A DNA stretch of 64,000 nt from Mytilus edulis (taxonomy: Eukaryota), in NCBI RefSeq assembly GCF_963676685.1, contig NC_092356.1:38254001-38318000 (forward strand), in the 5' to 3' direction. This document shows, in pieces, positions 13,001 to 28,000 of the stretch. Every line of letters starts with the position of its first letter. The first letter of the stretch is position 1. Under the pieces are notes generated by a model. It made no database searches. It was not told where the DNA came from and saw only the letters and a program-made list of their open reading frames with translations. Made by a program: the position numbers and the translations under genes.

Positions 13001-16000
13001 TACAAGATGATACTCAAGTCAAACAAGTAGAGCTGTGCAAAGCTAACTATAAATGAATTTTAGAAGTTGAAATTGAAATTGAAGTTTGAAAATTTCATTA
13101 GACAGATATGGGTAGGACAGTATTCCCCCTCTTTTGGGGCAGAAATATAAATACCTGGTTACTGCCAATAAAATTAGTGGCAATTAAAATTAAAAAAAAT
13201 GGATGTAGATGATTCAACTACAATTTTATATGGACAAAGGAAGATAACTCCAATTTTACTGATTACTTTTACAATGACATCATTGATATTTTTAGAACTG
13301 ACATAAGATTACTGCATCACTTTTTGTTTTTCAAACATATACTGTTGCACACTGTCTTTGCAGGCAATAATGAGCTATATCTATCAGTATCCATGGGTCT
13401 TGTATTAAGTCAAGATAAAGGATGAAGTGCAATATCACCCCTTCTTTTAAAGTAGGTGCACTGAAGAGTATAAATCTACATAAAGGAAATTTATATTTGC
13501 ATGAATTTAAGAGAATAATTTCATTATAAATAAACGTACTAAAATGCAAAGTCACAATTGAAGCAATGACCATTTTTGAACCATACTCCACTGTTTTTGA
13601 ACGAGATGGCAATGGAATTTCTCCCATCATATCAAGATCTTCTGATTGGAAAAAATCTGAATCTCCTCCAACTATCTCTGTCAAAAACTCTGATAACTGC
13701 AAGAAGAAATATATTTTTTTTTCTACAAAATACCAAATTGATTTTTGAATTGTAGAAAAGTAATTTTCAGAATTCAAATTCTAATAATTAAGTGTTTATA
13801 TCTATGCAAAGATCTGGTTTTATTTTCCACGTTTGGCTTCATTCTAGGTCCTTTTTGGTTTGATTAACACTTCATCATTTGACAATCAGATCTTGGATTT
13901 TGAACATTTTTGGCATGAGGATCCCTCATCTGGAGACATAAATTATTGAAATATATATTTTTTTAGTTTTACTTCAGGGATTTCCCTTGTGTGAAATATT
14001 GTTAAATATATTTAAAACTGGTTAACTCTTTAAATGGGTTACTGATATTAGGATCTAATAATATTGGTTAATATGCATGTGAAATCTTTTGGCAGATTAA
14101 AGAGTGGGGTTCCATTATATTATATAAAGAAATGTTGAGTTGTCAGTTCATAGAAGATGCTTACAGTAACTACTGTTTATTTTTGTATATATGAATATTG
14201 ATCATATGGGTACTGTGTAAGAGTATCAATATGAATATTGATCATATAGAGTTTGAAATAATTTATATATATATGTATAACTATAAGTTGTTTGCAGGAG
14301 AAAAGAACAAGTTACTGTGAGCAACCAAACCTATATTAGAGTTTTGTCTTATTTAAAAGAAGGAATTTAGTAAAGAAATATTTAAAATTTGGATAAGAAT
14401 AGCGAGGGAGAATTTAAATGTGCATATTATGCAATAAAATTGGTACCCTTAATGCAATTACATCATCATAGGGTCATTAAAGTTCTTTGCCTAAGATTGA
14501 CCTTCAAGCATCAATTGGTGTTCATGAATCATATTTAAAAGAGAAAAATAGTCATCTTTTCATCAAATTTTAAAAACTTGAGCGAATCAAAATTTCTGAG
14601 AAAAAGTGTTCAAACTATTGAACTTCCATTCCAATATTGAGTTTGAAGGATGCTTAAGGTGTAATACATTGTACCACCAAATCATGGTACCTCACATCAG
14701 GTTGTATACGAAAATAGGTTGAAAAAAAATCCCTTGAATTTGACAGTTGTAGGTAATTAGTCCTACATTTTATTGCAGAAAAACTTTTCTGTGTCATAAA
14801 CATATGTCTTGGGTATTTCAAAGCACCCTTTTTTTTTATTTGGGATTTCGATAGAATATTTTGTAAACTTGAGGTTACATGGTAACTAAACCTTTTACAC
14901 AGATTAAATAAGGGGAGAAATTTGATTGGTTAACTTCCAGTGATGGTTATTTTCTTATATGCAATGAAATGTTATATGAATTTTTTTCTTTAGTACTGGA
15001 TAGGATTAAACTTTACTCATGCCAAGTATTTCTTTATTTGAAACAAAGATAAATTCTGCACATTTTTTTGAAAAGTGCAAATTTAACAAAGACTAATAGG
15101 GGAAAATCAATGGTAGTATATAAACTCATCATAGATACCAGGACTACATTTTTCTATACGCTAGACGCGCGTTTCGTCTACAAAAGACTCATCAGTGACG
15201 CTCGAATCCAAAAAAGTTAAAAAGGCCAAATAAAGTACGAAGTTGAAAAGCATTGAGGACCAAAATTCCTAAAAGTTTTGCCAAATTCAGCTAAGGTAAT
15301 CTATGCCACCAGAAACAAGTTAACTTAATTTTCAATACAAATATCTAGAAAGCACATTTTTTTTATACAATCATTAAAGAATTGTAGAATTAAAATGTGT
15401 GAACATAGTTTACGCAAATAAAATGGCATTTAGGCGATGACCATAAAAGCAAATGGTTTTAAAAACCACAAAATAATTTCTGAATTTACAGTATGTAAAA
15501 TGAGAATAATACTATTCCAAAAAGAACACTTTAATAAAAAATGTATCATGTAATTTATATTTTACTGATATACACCTACAAGCAATTATGTCACACTGCA
15601 TCTTTTAAAGAAAATATTTTAGAAGTGAATGTTTTTTTTTTATATAGCTTATAATTACCAAAGCTTTAAACAAATCTCTTAGCTCATCAATCAGTTTTGA
15701 TACTTCCACTGGATCTACATTCTTCATATCTAGCAGATTTTCTATATCTCCAATGGTCATGTTAGCCAGCTTCTGTCCAAGTAGTCTAACACCTGCATTT
15801 GTCAAACCCTGTCCAACAACAAATGCCTGATTGGTCCTCCCTGGTATATCAAATGTAGCCCCTAGCATGCTTTGGATAACATCACCTGAAAGATAGTACC
15901 AATAAATCATAAAATATAATCTAGATCTTTGAACAGGTGCTTTAAGGTGACTTCCGATACTAAGGGAGATAACAACATTTTACTGATGTAAAACTGGTTC

Positions 16001-19000
16001 CCGTTTAAAAATTTAGGATATATCGCCTGTATATCTAGGTCACGGTAACAGTTCCGATGTCGTCTGTTGTCAACGTGTGTAAACAACTTCCAAGTTACAG
16101 CTCATCGCTCAGAAGAAAGGAAGGTTTATCATAAAGGATAAATGCATGCGTTCTTTAAAAATAAAGAATATGAATAGCTTCAGCCTGAAAGTTCACACAG
16201 TCTTAAATGATTCTCAACTTATAATATCATATGATATAAGTTTTTGAGAGTTGGAGAAATTCGGCGTCCGATCACAGACAGTGATGTTTCGTTTGACGGA
16301 ACCTGGAAGAAGGTCGACGGCTAGCTCTGATGATCACCTAGCGCAGAATATGTTCGTTAAGATGCAAAACTGTCCCCTGCGGATACTGTCTGTGAACGGA
16401 AATACGACCTTCAAGGCTTGGACCAGGAGGTGGAGGCCGTGGAGCATTTTGTCCATACCATATCGTTGTAGCTGCAGTGCATGTAACCTGCATATCATGT
16501 GTGACAGTGTAGAAACGAGGGGGAAAATGGGACTGGTGGATTTGTTATCAATTCAAAAGCTGGACATGGTAAGAGAGTTCAATTTTCTCTTTATTATATA
16601 TTCTCTTTAGACTTTACACATTTTACTGGTTGGAGAAGGTGTATGGTTTCATGTCTTGAATAAATGAACCTGCCCCACACATCTCTTTTTCTTTCTTTAA
16701 TTCCCCTCTATTATGGTCTGGGGTTTATGTGGTTTGAGGGTAAAAAGCTTTATTTTGAGGGGAAGTGCTGCCCAAATTTTTTATGAAGCTTGACTTAGTA
16801 ATTTTTCTGGAATTTTTCCCCTGGAAGTTATTTATCATTTTTGCAATGTACACAAAGACATCTATACATAAGGGGCTTTTTAGTTTTGCATCCAAAAGGA
16901 GAGGATTATTTTGTAAATACTTATTTGGTAGCAATTATATAACCATAAATAAAATTAGAATTGAAAAAGTAAACAATTGCAGTCACAATGATTCATTCAC
17001 AAAAATAATGTTTTACAAACTCAAAATATTAGTTTTCTTTATTTTATAATCAGAATTTTCATATTAAGTCATCTTTTGCATGTGATCAGAGACCAAGTGG
17101 TCGGAAACCTTACATATTTAGTCATTTAGAATGATGTGTAGAATGCAGGATAATGCATGAAGGCAAAAAAGAAAATTAAGAAGGGGGCACCCACCCTCAT
17201 TCCACATTATTAGAAATAAATGTGAGTCTGTGATCTATAAGAATAAAGGTAAACATGAATTCACAATCATATTATATAAATATAAATTGAAAAAATCAAT
17301 TGTATATTCCAAATAAAATTATGAACTCAAGTCTAAATAGTTTATAGTTTATCTAATTAACCAATACATGTGCAGACTGACATTTCATATCATATTTTTC
17401 AGGAATGATACATGCAGGAATTTGTGCCACACATTTCAACAATTTCCTTAATGGATTGAATGTACTGTCTGTGAATTCATTAGCCATACTTAAATAAAAA
17501 GGAGAATTAAACTGGAAAGAAAATATTTGCAGTTGCAAAAGAATCCTGTAAATAAATTCAAAAGAAGAAACAGTTTTAAACATGGTTAATTTAATGAATA
17601 ATTGGAAGGTAATTAAACCTTTAGTCATATAATTCATAAATTTTCCTAAGTAGATATAAAGTATAATGAGGACCATAATTATATTCATATTTGCACTTAA
17701 GCAGTCATAAAAATGAATTAACAGATCTTGGTAATAATTTCAAGTTTAGGGTCAATATTTCAAATCAATTTTGTGGTAAAGCATTGTTATATATACTTGA
17801 AGACTTTCATGTATAGAACATGACAGAATTTGTTTCAACAAAAATATTGAACTAGAATTAGTTACATATGTATAATTTATTAAATGAAATCTATATTAAT
17901 GTATAATTTCAACAAATTTAATGAAACCTATTTGGTTTTGAAAGCCTTTATACATATTATTATTACAAATTTCATTGTTAACAGCCTGAGTTTCCAGTTA
18001 ATTTTAAATGTAATATGTTTTAGCTATAGTATTTGAACACTGCATGCACTTTCATTTATATATATTTGTTATCACTTTTTTTCATTAGGTTGAAGCTAAT
18101 TATGTTGCAGAATTGCAAATGTTTGGTACTGGTTGAAACTATGAAAGTAATACAGGTAAATTTAAAGAATTTAGACTTTAACTTTATTAATAGAAAAGAT
18201 ATTCCCAAATGTCAAGGTGAAAGTGGACATTGTAGATTCTAAACACCCATGTGAAAGCAACAGTCTTCTATGGTGAGAGGATGCCATACTTAGCAATGCT
18301 CTTGTTATTATATGGAATATGGCTTTTTTATCATTATTTTCACTATTTTGATATTGAACAACCAACATTGATAAAAAGTAATATAAAACTCTCACTTTTT
18401 ATGAATCCTATATTATCTGATTATATTAATTTACTTATTTAATTTTTGTTATATTTGTTATCAATTGTAGGTCTCATGGTCATCATTTAACAGCAGGTTA
18501 TTAGCAGCAGTTTTGTAGAAAAATGAAGGATGACTGTCAATGGTAAATACATACATTTTAGGATAATTACATGTAGTTACCTTTGAAAAAAAACTTAGGT
18601 TCCATTTGAGACTTTTTAATCTGATAATGGTGTTTTGCAGGCATTCATAACATTTCTTTTTGGACAATATATTTAGTAGATTCAACTATAAAATGTAGGA
18701 TCACGTAAACTTGTACACAGATGTCACTGACCTACATTTTCCACTTCACTGACTTTGGTTACATTAAACATCCAATTTCATATACAACAAATGTATATCT
18801 CAGCAACTAAAAGGTGTCAGATCATGCAAACTTATATATACACTCTCAGAGTCTCAGTAAGTAACTCAGCTTCCAGGCAAAAGAAGGTCACAGTGATCCA
18901 CATTTTACACTATTGATTTGTACTTTATTTTATAATTTAAATACAAAGTATATTATCAAGACTGCCACTGGTTCTTGTGTGCCACAATTCTGACAATGAA

Positions 19001-22000
19001 GATAACTATGTGATGTAGATAACTTATGTTTATTTCAAACTTGGTCACATGCTGTATATATGTAAATGTTTACCAAAAAGAACAGTTCAACTGTTTTGAT
19101 TTAAGGTACACATATATGGTAAAGGTCACACCTATTAAATATACATGTATACCTTGAATTTATTTGCATTGGACCCTATAATGCTCCCTATATCATTTAT
19201 ATTGTCAATTATTGCATTCCAAATTGCCATTGTTCACAAAACAAAAACCACTAAAAAGGATGGCCATCATATGCAAAAGCAATATAAAATGCATACCCAT
19301 CAGCTGACCTAATTATTGCAATCACTTCAAAAACCTGGCCATATATCATATTATAAAACTCTTAATGAGTACCTTTGTTAGTCAGGTATAATATCATCTT
19401 TTTAAATTGATGTTGTAATGCATGATTGGATTAATTTTGCACTCACTGAAATATTATATAGATTTAGTAGTTTATTAGTATATATTACACCTTTTCATTA
19501 CAAATAAATAAATTAAACTTTCAGGTAAATGCAGCAACAGAATGTTTCCCTGGAAAATTACCGTAGAAAATTTGGGAAAGTATGAATAAGAAATTAGAGA
19601 GGCAAACAGATAACCAGAAAACAAAGATTTTGAAAGAAAAGAATTGCCACTAATAGTAATATGCTATATCTGACTGGGAGCAACATGTACTATTCAATAT
19701 GGAAGGATTGATAATTTTGACTGAGAACACAGTGAACTCTAATAATGCTATGACTATCAATAAGTACTTGACTGAATCAGAGGAGTAAACTATTTACACA
19801 TTTGTAAATATAACAGTTATATGTTTGCTTGATTATTGAGGCATTCAAAATAAAGAAAGTTGAAAAACCTTTGAAAAAGTTATAATTTCATCATTTTTTG
19901 GTTATGTTACGATGACAACTGAAATATATAATGTATTATCATTATGCTTCATCAAACTTAAATCATTAATTGTGGAAAAGGTGACAAAGTCTTTTTTAAT
20001 CCATTTACTTGCATGACTGTTACCTATGAATCGATAATTTAAAAAAAAATATATTTGGTGATTTTCGCTAACTTCTGAGTAATTTATTTTGCTCATTTAA
20101 GACCACAGTAATGCTAATATAAGCTGCATTACAATGTATCATAATATTTGTTTACATTTACATAGAAGCCATGTGTTGTTGGTCTGAAATCATGGTATTT
20201 GATCTGCCATTGTCTGTTAGGTTGTTAATCTTGCACATCAGAACAATGCAAAAACTTGAATTTTCCAACTTCATGTCCTGTTGCCATGGTAACCGTTGTT
20301 CATAGAAACCAAAAAATTGTTCTCATTTGATTGCCTTGTGAAACTGTATTATTCTGTGTTAGTTTAACAAAGGATATGACAACATATGTCACACTTTGAT
20401 CACCGATGATGAAAGATATACAAAAAACTGCTGTTGATCACTGTTTCGTTAGGGGTCACAAAAACATTTTTCGTGCAAAAAATAGTCTGGTGACCCATAT
20501 TTTTTTTTATTTCTTTTTAAAGCTCATTGTTATGACCATCTTATGTCAAATTTAAAAAAATATTCATTGGACCATTTTTTTGGAAATTTAAGAAAAATAG
20601 AAATTTTTAACAAAATCTGTGTTTTTTTTTGTGGAGCAGTGTTGATGAAATTAGAGACGAAATCAATGAAAATGAATAAAACTGCCATTATTTGTGTTTT
20701 ATTTACATTTTAAATAATAATTTTGTAATAAATGAAGAACAAACCCTTCAAAATACTTTCAAAGGCTTGAAAAAAATCCAGAGTTTCTACATCAGGTATG
20801 TATTTATGCATACACGTGATGTACCAACTTTGGTGACCGTTACCATGGAAACGAGTCTGGTGACATACTATTTTTAACTCAAATTTTCATAGAGGCCATT
20901 GCATAGTATATGTATGCAAATTTTAAGAAAAATTCAATGGTGAAAAAAAATTTGCTATATCTGTAGGGATCCACCTTAAAATATACCTCCATTTCTCTTT
21001 AACCATAATAGGTTAATATTTTAAGGTATTTTCACTGATTTAATGTGTTCTTGCTCTTATTCATACAATTTTTACAATAACAGTAGTTTATATATCTTAT
21101 TTTCAACAATGAACTTAGATATCATAATCTTCTTACCTGCAGCACATCAGCAGAGATCAAACTTCTAACTAGTCATTAAAATTAGAAAGATCATATCATA
21201 GGGAACATGTATACTTAAAGGGAAATCACACTATTGTTTATACGCATCGCTCTCGGCGCCGCTATAGTGTCGTAACCGTATTATGACGTCGCCGTTTTCG
21301 AGTCCGCCGATTTCTAAAATGGCGGCCCGCTCGAATGGTCGTTTCACGAAAGCAGGAGAATGCAAACGACGTATTGATTTAAGTGTAAAAATGAAAATGA
21401 TATACGAAACGGACAATTTGTTTGAAGCTGAAATCAGTGAACCAAGACAGTTAGACTCCTGTATCTGGATACCGGGAGAGAGGCGTGTTTTTGAACCATA
21501 TGAGATGGACAAACAGCTAAAAGCAGGTTGTGTAGACTGTGAATTACCACTTCAGTTTACCAACGTTACCGAAGAAACAAAGTGTGGTCTAGGGTGCATT
21601 CTGTATGTGGCATGTTCTTGTGGTGTGATAAATAAAATCTACTCCGGAAAGGTCCATTATGATGCAAAAAAACAGAAGACAAGACCAATATTTGATGTAA
21701 ATTCGAAAGCAGCAGTAGGTAAGATAAATCGGTAAACGAAATGAGTGATTCAAGTTTTTAAAATAATGTTACTGTTCCTTTATTCTTTACAAAAAAAAAG
21801 AAAACGTTGTTTTATTGGCACTAATACCACATCTTCTTATTTCTAATAAGTGAAAAAGAAAACTATCAGAATAAAAAGCTCAACAAAAATGCAACTAACT
21901 ACTTGAACTAGCTGTTCCTTTGTCCAAAGGACTCCAAACAAACAGTTTATTTATAAACAACATACTGCATGTATGTATTAATGATACTAAAAAAAAAACT

Positions 22001-25000
22001 GACCATCAAAGTTCTATGAATAACATAGTATTTTTCCAACTATTCCCTAAATATTACACTGTAAAACGTTGTCACAGATACCAGTATATTTTGAATTCGT
22101 ACGTTGTGCAATATGACGTCATGTTTATCATTATGACGTTACCGCATCAACCCATCCACCGTATAGCTACAAAGGAAAAGCAGGTGCTTCTTACCTTTTT
22201 GTGTATTGCACTGTATAGCATAAATTAATGTACAAATTAAAACAAGGAACATTTTGTAATTGATATGAGAACAATGTCAGAGCATACCAATCACAAATAA
22301 TTACATGTAATGACAATGATATATTTATTTGTTCAATGAACAGATTGTATAAACATGTCTTTTAAACTGTACTATATTACTACAGATTTTATTTATTTTT
22401 GAATGCAAACAAAGAATATTGTTTGAGATGATCCTTTTAACGATCATTCTTTAATTTTTTATTACAAATTCGGTTTGCGCCACCGTGACGGCATTTTTGA
22501 AAGACAATGATTTTTTACAAATACTAGTAACGGAAACATTTTTCTTACATTAATTTTATACGGCTATTCTACACCCTTTACTGAGGGGTAAGACCTTTAT
22601 AGGTACTTCGGGATCGGGTGTTTTTAAGCTCGGGGTTTCGGGATTGACCCTTGCGGGATCCGGGAATTCTGTCTCGAATTTCGGATTGTCGGGAATTAAA
22701 TTTATATAAATCAGAGAAATCGGGATTTCGGGGTCAGGACCCTCCTACCACACTCTATAGTTTAAGAAATTAATAAACAATGTGACCTCCGACGCGTAAG
22801 CTGATGATTAACACTTCAATGGCAGTAGTCCTTCTAGTGAACGTCGATTTTCATTGAGTTGGGTGCTCCAGACTTGTGTGATTAAGACAGCGATTTTCTG
22901 AGTGAGACTTTTATGGTTTTCCAGCATAGGACCGATCCCACTATTTTCATGTGGTTTCCATTCGGTCCAAACATTGTATCCTAATTTGATTTACAAAAAT
23001 TGTCATTTTCCCTGATCTCAATAAAAGAGCGTAAAAATCGTTCAAAAGATAAAAGAAACCCGTTTCATTTATTTTTTTTTTAACTATTTTTGTACTTTAT
23101 TAACTAACAACAACATATTGGAAAGAAGTTGTCTGGAAGATGTTGGTACTAATTTCGATATGAATTATCCGATGATGCGGTGCACTATTTATTGAACGCG
23201 CAGATTGATACATTTCTTTCAGTGTTTACCTCCTTCCTTTCTGAATAGTATATGTGAAATATTCGATTTCCCCGGACTATGCGGTATGGGCTTTGCTCAT
23301 TATTGAAGGCCGTACGGTGACCTATAGTTGTTAATGTCTGTGTCATTTTTTGTCTCTGGTGGACAGTTGTCTTATTGGCAATCTTACCACATCTTCTTTT
23401 CTATATAAGACATCATAAAATATTTCAAAACATCAAATATAGTTGATCTTTTGCATAAAGTATTTATTTAGATAAATAGATCAAACTCAAAAACTCAACT
23501 TTGACCACTGAACACTGAAAATGAGATCAATGTCCGATATCACCTACGAGCCAGAAGCGCACATCTTACAATCATTCAATACACCAAATAAAGTAGATCT
23601 ATTGCATACAGTAAATAGTAAAAACAGACCAAAAAACAAAAACTTAACTTAAACCACTGATGAAAATGAGGTCGAGCTCAGATGGCACACGCCAGTTAGA
23701 CATGTACATCTTACAGTTCTTTCATACATCAAATATACTAAGCCATTGCTTATAGTATCTTCAGATATGAACTGGACCTTAACCTATTAATCATAATCAT
23801 GATAATAAGACAAAAAGTAAATTTACAAAAAACCTGAACTTTTTTAAAACTAGTCACTTAAGCATGAAAATGAGGTCAAGGACAATGGACATGTGACAGA
23901 CGGAAACTTCGTAACATAATGCATCTATATGCAAAGTATGAATCATCCAGGTCTTCCACCTCCTAAAATGTAAAGCTTTTAAGAAGTTAGCTAACGCCGC
24001 CGCCGCCGGATTACTCTCCCTTGGTCGAACTTTCTGCGACAAAAGTCATCGGCTCGACAAACACACATTCGTTGTCCGGTTTTTCATTCTATAAAAAGAA
24101 ACATGCTTCTGTAAACCTAATTCCCCCCGAGAACAATAATTCCTTCTTTGTGGTGAATAGTTTTACATACATCCCAATAAGAGGCCTTTTCCGAATCAGC
24201 CCAGGAATCATCCCAAAAAAACAAATATCAAACCTCGAATAAGTCTCGAACGGATATTGGTCGAGGGATGATATCCGGACACGCATTAAACTTTCATAAT
24301 TTTATCATATACTAACGACTCACTAACGCAACAAGGCTAATAACCACATAACAGCCCTACCATGCGATGTTGCATACTGCTGATATGGGTATTCTGACCG
24401 GTTTTTAAGTTATTGATAGTTTGCTCCCGCTCATCACACGCATATATATGTATTTCATATAATCTAGAATTTTCAACGTATGATGCACATCAAATTGAAA
24501 GTATATCTAAGACTCGATCATTACTTTTATAGCTATGTATGACACTGGTCTTGGACCTGCAGAAGTAAACAGATATTTAGCTAATTTAAATATAAATGGG
24601 ATGTCACAATCTGCTTTCAAGAAAAGAGAAAAAGAAGTGTACGAGCCTATAAGAAAAGTTGCACAAAATTCACTAGATACTTCTTTAGAGGAGGAGAAGA
24701 GCAAATCTCCAGTAATAGAAGATAGGTATGTACGTGTATGAAGTTTACAACCACATGCAGTCAAACACCAAACTAAGTAACGACATAAACGTTACCAATA
24801 TCATTGCATAAGATGCGGATTTTAACAAGTGGTTTCTCGCCAGTAATGCTCGACGAGATCAAAATATGTGAAAACAGAAACTTTTCCAACTGTTGACATG
24901 AAAAGCAAATAAAAATTGACATTAAGTATAGCTTAATCCGAAGAAGGATAAATTCTTAATCTTTCAAATATGTTAAAACTCAAGAATATTATTAGGGCTC

Positions 25001-28000
25001 ATTCGTTCTTATTTTGAACCTTGATTTGCTCAAGTGGGTTAAGAATCCAGCGTTCTTCTTTGCATTCAACTGTTCTTTTCATTTGCACAAATGCACTCGA
25101 CGTAGTGAATAATATGGGTTTGTTTAAAACTTACTAATTGGTGTGAGACAGGGCTCCGCGTTGAATGCATCACCTTGGCCTATATAATTGCTTACATCGA
25201 CAATATTTTGTCTTGGAGATGAATGGAGATATTTCTCATTGGCAATCATACCACATCCTCTTATTTTATTAAACACAAATGTATTACAGTTTGTTTTCTT
25301 TTAAAGTCCGTTTTAGATGAATAAAAAAAAAAACACTCCACAGAAAACGTTATGATATTCATTGGACAGGTTTTTTTTTTTAAATAATGTTTTTCCGATA
25401 ATGAGTTTTTCAATTATTTGTAGTGAAAATGGTGAAGATGTTAGTCTGGTAACTGTCAAGTATGATATGGGGTGGCAAAAGAGAGGCTCCGGAAGAAAAT
25501 ACGACTCCAAATCAGGCGTTGGAACTTTAATCGGCGACCAAACAGGAAAGGTTGTAGGAAGGGGTATTCGGTCAAGCGATTGTAGAGTTTGTACCTATTG
25601 GGAAGCAAAACATGTTGAGCCACAGGAACACAAATGCACCCGCAATTGGTTTGGTTCTGCTAAGGGAATGGAACCTGACGTCGGCGCAAGACTAATAGAG
25701 GATATTGAAACAAAAAATTGTCAGGTTTCGACTGTTATTATGGATGACGACACTACAACCATGGCACGCATAAGACGAACAATCCAACATCCTATAAAAA
25801 AATTGAGTGATACGAACCATATCAAATCACAATTTAACAACAAACTATGGAACTTAAAGAATACCTTTAAAAATGATTTAACTAAACCTGCAATAACCCA
25901 TCTCAATAGGTGTTTTTCTTATGCTCTTTATTCAAACAGAAATAATCCGGAATCCATGAGTAATGACTTACAAGCTATTGTACCTCATCTTTATAAAGAA
26001 CATGACCTCTGCAATCAGAAATGGTGTTCATACAAAAGAAATCCTAATAAGTACAAACCCACGGTATCTCTTGATAGCCTTCCTCTTCGTAAAAAACTGG
26101 CTGAAATCATTGGGGAATACACCTCTAATGACAATATTGAGAAAATATCCCCCTGTGCATCCACAAAAGAGGTTGAATCGTTTCACAGCATGCTAGCCAA
26201 CAAAGCACCTAAGGCGAAACATTTATGCTCATCGTCAAGTTTGGAATGTCGGGTTGACTGCACTGTTGCTCAAAAAAATATATCGTATGGTTATATATCA
26301 CAGGTATATGAAGAGTGTGGTCTTTCACCAGGTAAAATAACAGAAAAATCGTCAGAAAAACTTACGGATAAAAGAAAATACCAAAATGATTATAAGAATT
26401 CAGCAGTTAATAAACGGAGAAAACTATTTCGGAAACAGATTATAAAAGAGAAGGAAACAGTAGTGGAGATGAGGGAAGGTGACACGTACAAAAAATCTAT
26501 TGATTTAGAACAACCGACCCTAATAGACATTGATTTCATATCTGATCCCTTGACAACCCCTTTATTAGAAACATTTGATGTCAAAATTGATAATATGTCA
26601 GTTGTTTACTTTGACTTAGAAACAACATCACTAGCCAATGATTGTGATATAATCCAAATTTCAGCCATTGAAAAGTCTTCAGAATTCAATCAGTACATTA
26701 CTCCATCACAGTGTATAAGTAGACAGGCATCATCCGTTACAGGACTATCAGTGTGGAACAACACACTTGTATATTATGGTCAGCGGGTAGATCAATGCAT
26801 TCCACAAAAAGCATTTCAAAATTTTATATGCTGGCTAGAGAAATTTCCCTCTCAGATTATTTTAGTTGGACATAATTGCCGACGTTTTGATGCCCCAAGA
26901 CTAATTAGATCCCTGTCTCAATATAATCTAAGCACATCATTTCAAAAGAAAGTAATCGGCTTTATGGATACACTATCTTTTTTCAGGAACAAGTATCCTC
27001 ATCTAAAGTGCCACAAGCAGGAATTTTTGGCTGAAAATTTATTACAAAAGCAATACCAGGCACACAATGCTTCTGAGGATGTTAGAATCTTACAATCTAT
27101 TCTTAACCATGCACAACCATCAGAAACAGAGATCTCAGAAAATTCTTTTAGTACAGAATCCCTAATCAGAAATATTGCTTCTGTCAAACAGACAAACCAA
27201 AGATATTTAACACTGCAAGGGCTTGTGGATAAAAAAATCATAACAAAATGTATGGCAAAAAAAATAGCCGAGAGTGGTCTTGATATGGCTCAACTGTTAG
27301 CAGCGTACCGTCGCGATGCGGTATGTGGGATTCAGCGTATATTTTCTGAGAAAAAGGTTGACAATAAACCAAGAGTAACAGCATGCAAGCGTATAGCTTC
27401 CGGAATCTGTAGTTTTCTGTCCAACGGAGAGAAGTAAATAAGGACGATCAGTTTAGACTGTCAGTTTTCTCACAATACATAAAACGTCAATACTTTAGTC
27501 TTCTATACATACTATATAGTACATAAATAAGTCAACAAAAATTGAATTGCATATTATTATTTATTCGGCTCAGTCTGTCGATTTAGTGAAAAGAATTTTT
27601 CGATATGTTCTAGTTCTGAATATGCATTTAACTTGCCACTAGTATTTCTTCAAACTGCATGTCAATTAGATAACGGTTGTCCTAACTAGTATCGTGTCGA
27701 CAGGGGACCATACGACCTTCAACAACAACAAAAATGTTTGGCTTTACAAGTCTCCAACAAGACAACTATTTAACACACAACACCCGTCCATTTATGTAGA
27801 GAAATCTGATGTGTAGTGGTTGTCATTTGTTGATGTGGTTGTTCTCGTTCTCGTTTTTCATATAGAGTAGACCGTTAGTTTTCCTGTTTGAATGATTTTA
27901 CATTAGTCGTTATTGGAGTCCTTTATAACTTGCTGATAGGTGTTAGCCAAGGCTCCGTGTTGAAGACCGTACTTTGATCTATAATTGTTTACTTTTATAA

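Noticed and set aside
13331-13539. 3' extension of ORF 13331-13777
   Set aside because: The donor A|GTACGT at 13540/13539 gives the phase needed for the next exon; the remainder is intronic read-through.
14654-15110. Possible additional TTAA|GGTG element left end
   Set aside because: No matching right terminus or TSD could be found.
21131-21172. Strong minus-strand donor CAG|GTAAGA with a short open stretch (LVRSLISADVLQ): extra host exon?
   Set aside because: Nearby acceptors give 25-32-nt exons that break the frame, and the flanking exons already join in phase 1.
24021-24286. Overlapping short ORFs in transposase intron 1
   Set aside because: Short, with no recognisable domain or splice support.
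25362-25423. N-terminus of the 691-aa ORF as called by the ORF track (MDRFFFLNN..)
   Set aside because: It starts at a non-ATG codon in T-rich intron sequence; the real exon begins after the AG at 25422-25423 and joins exon 2 in frame.
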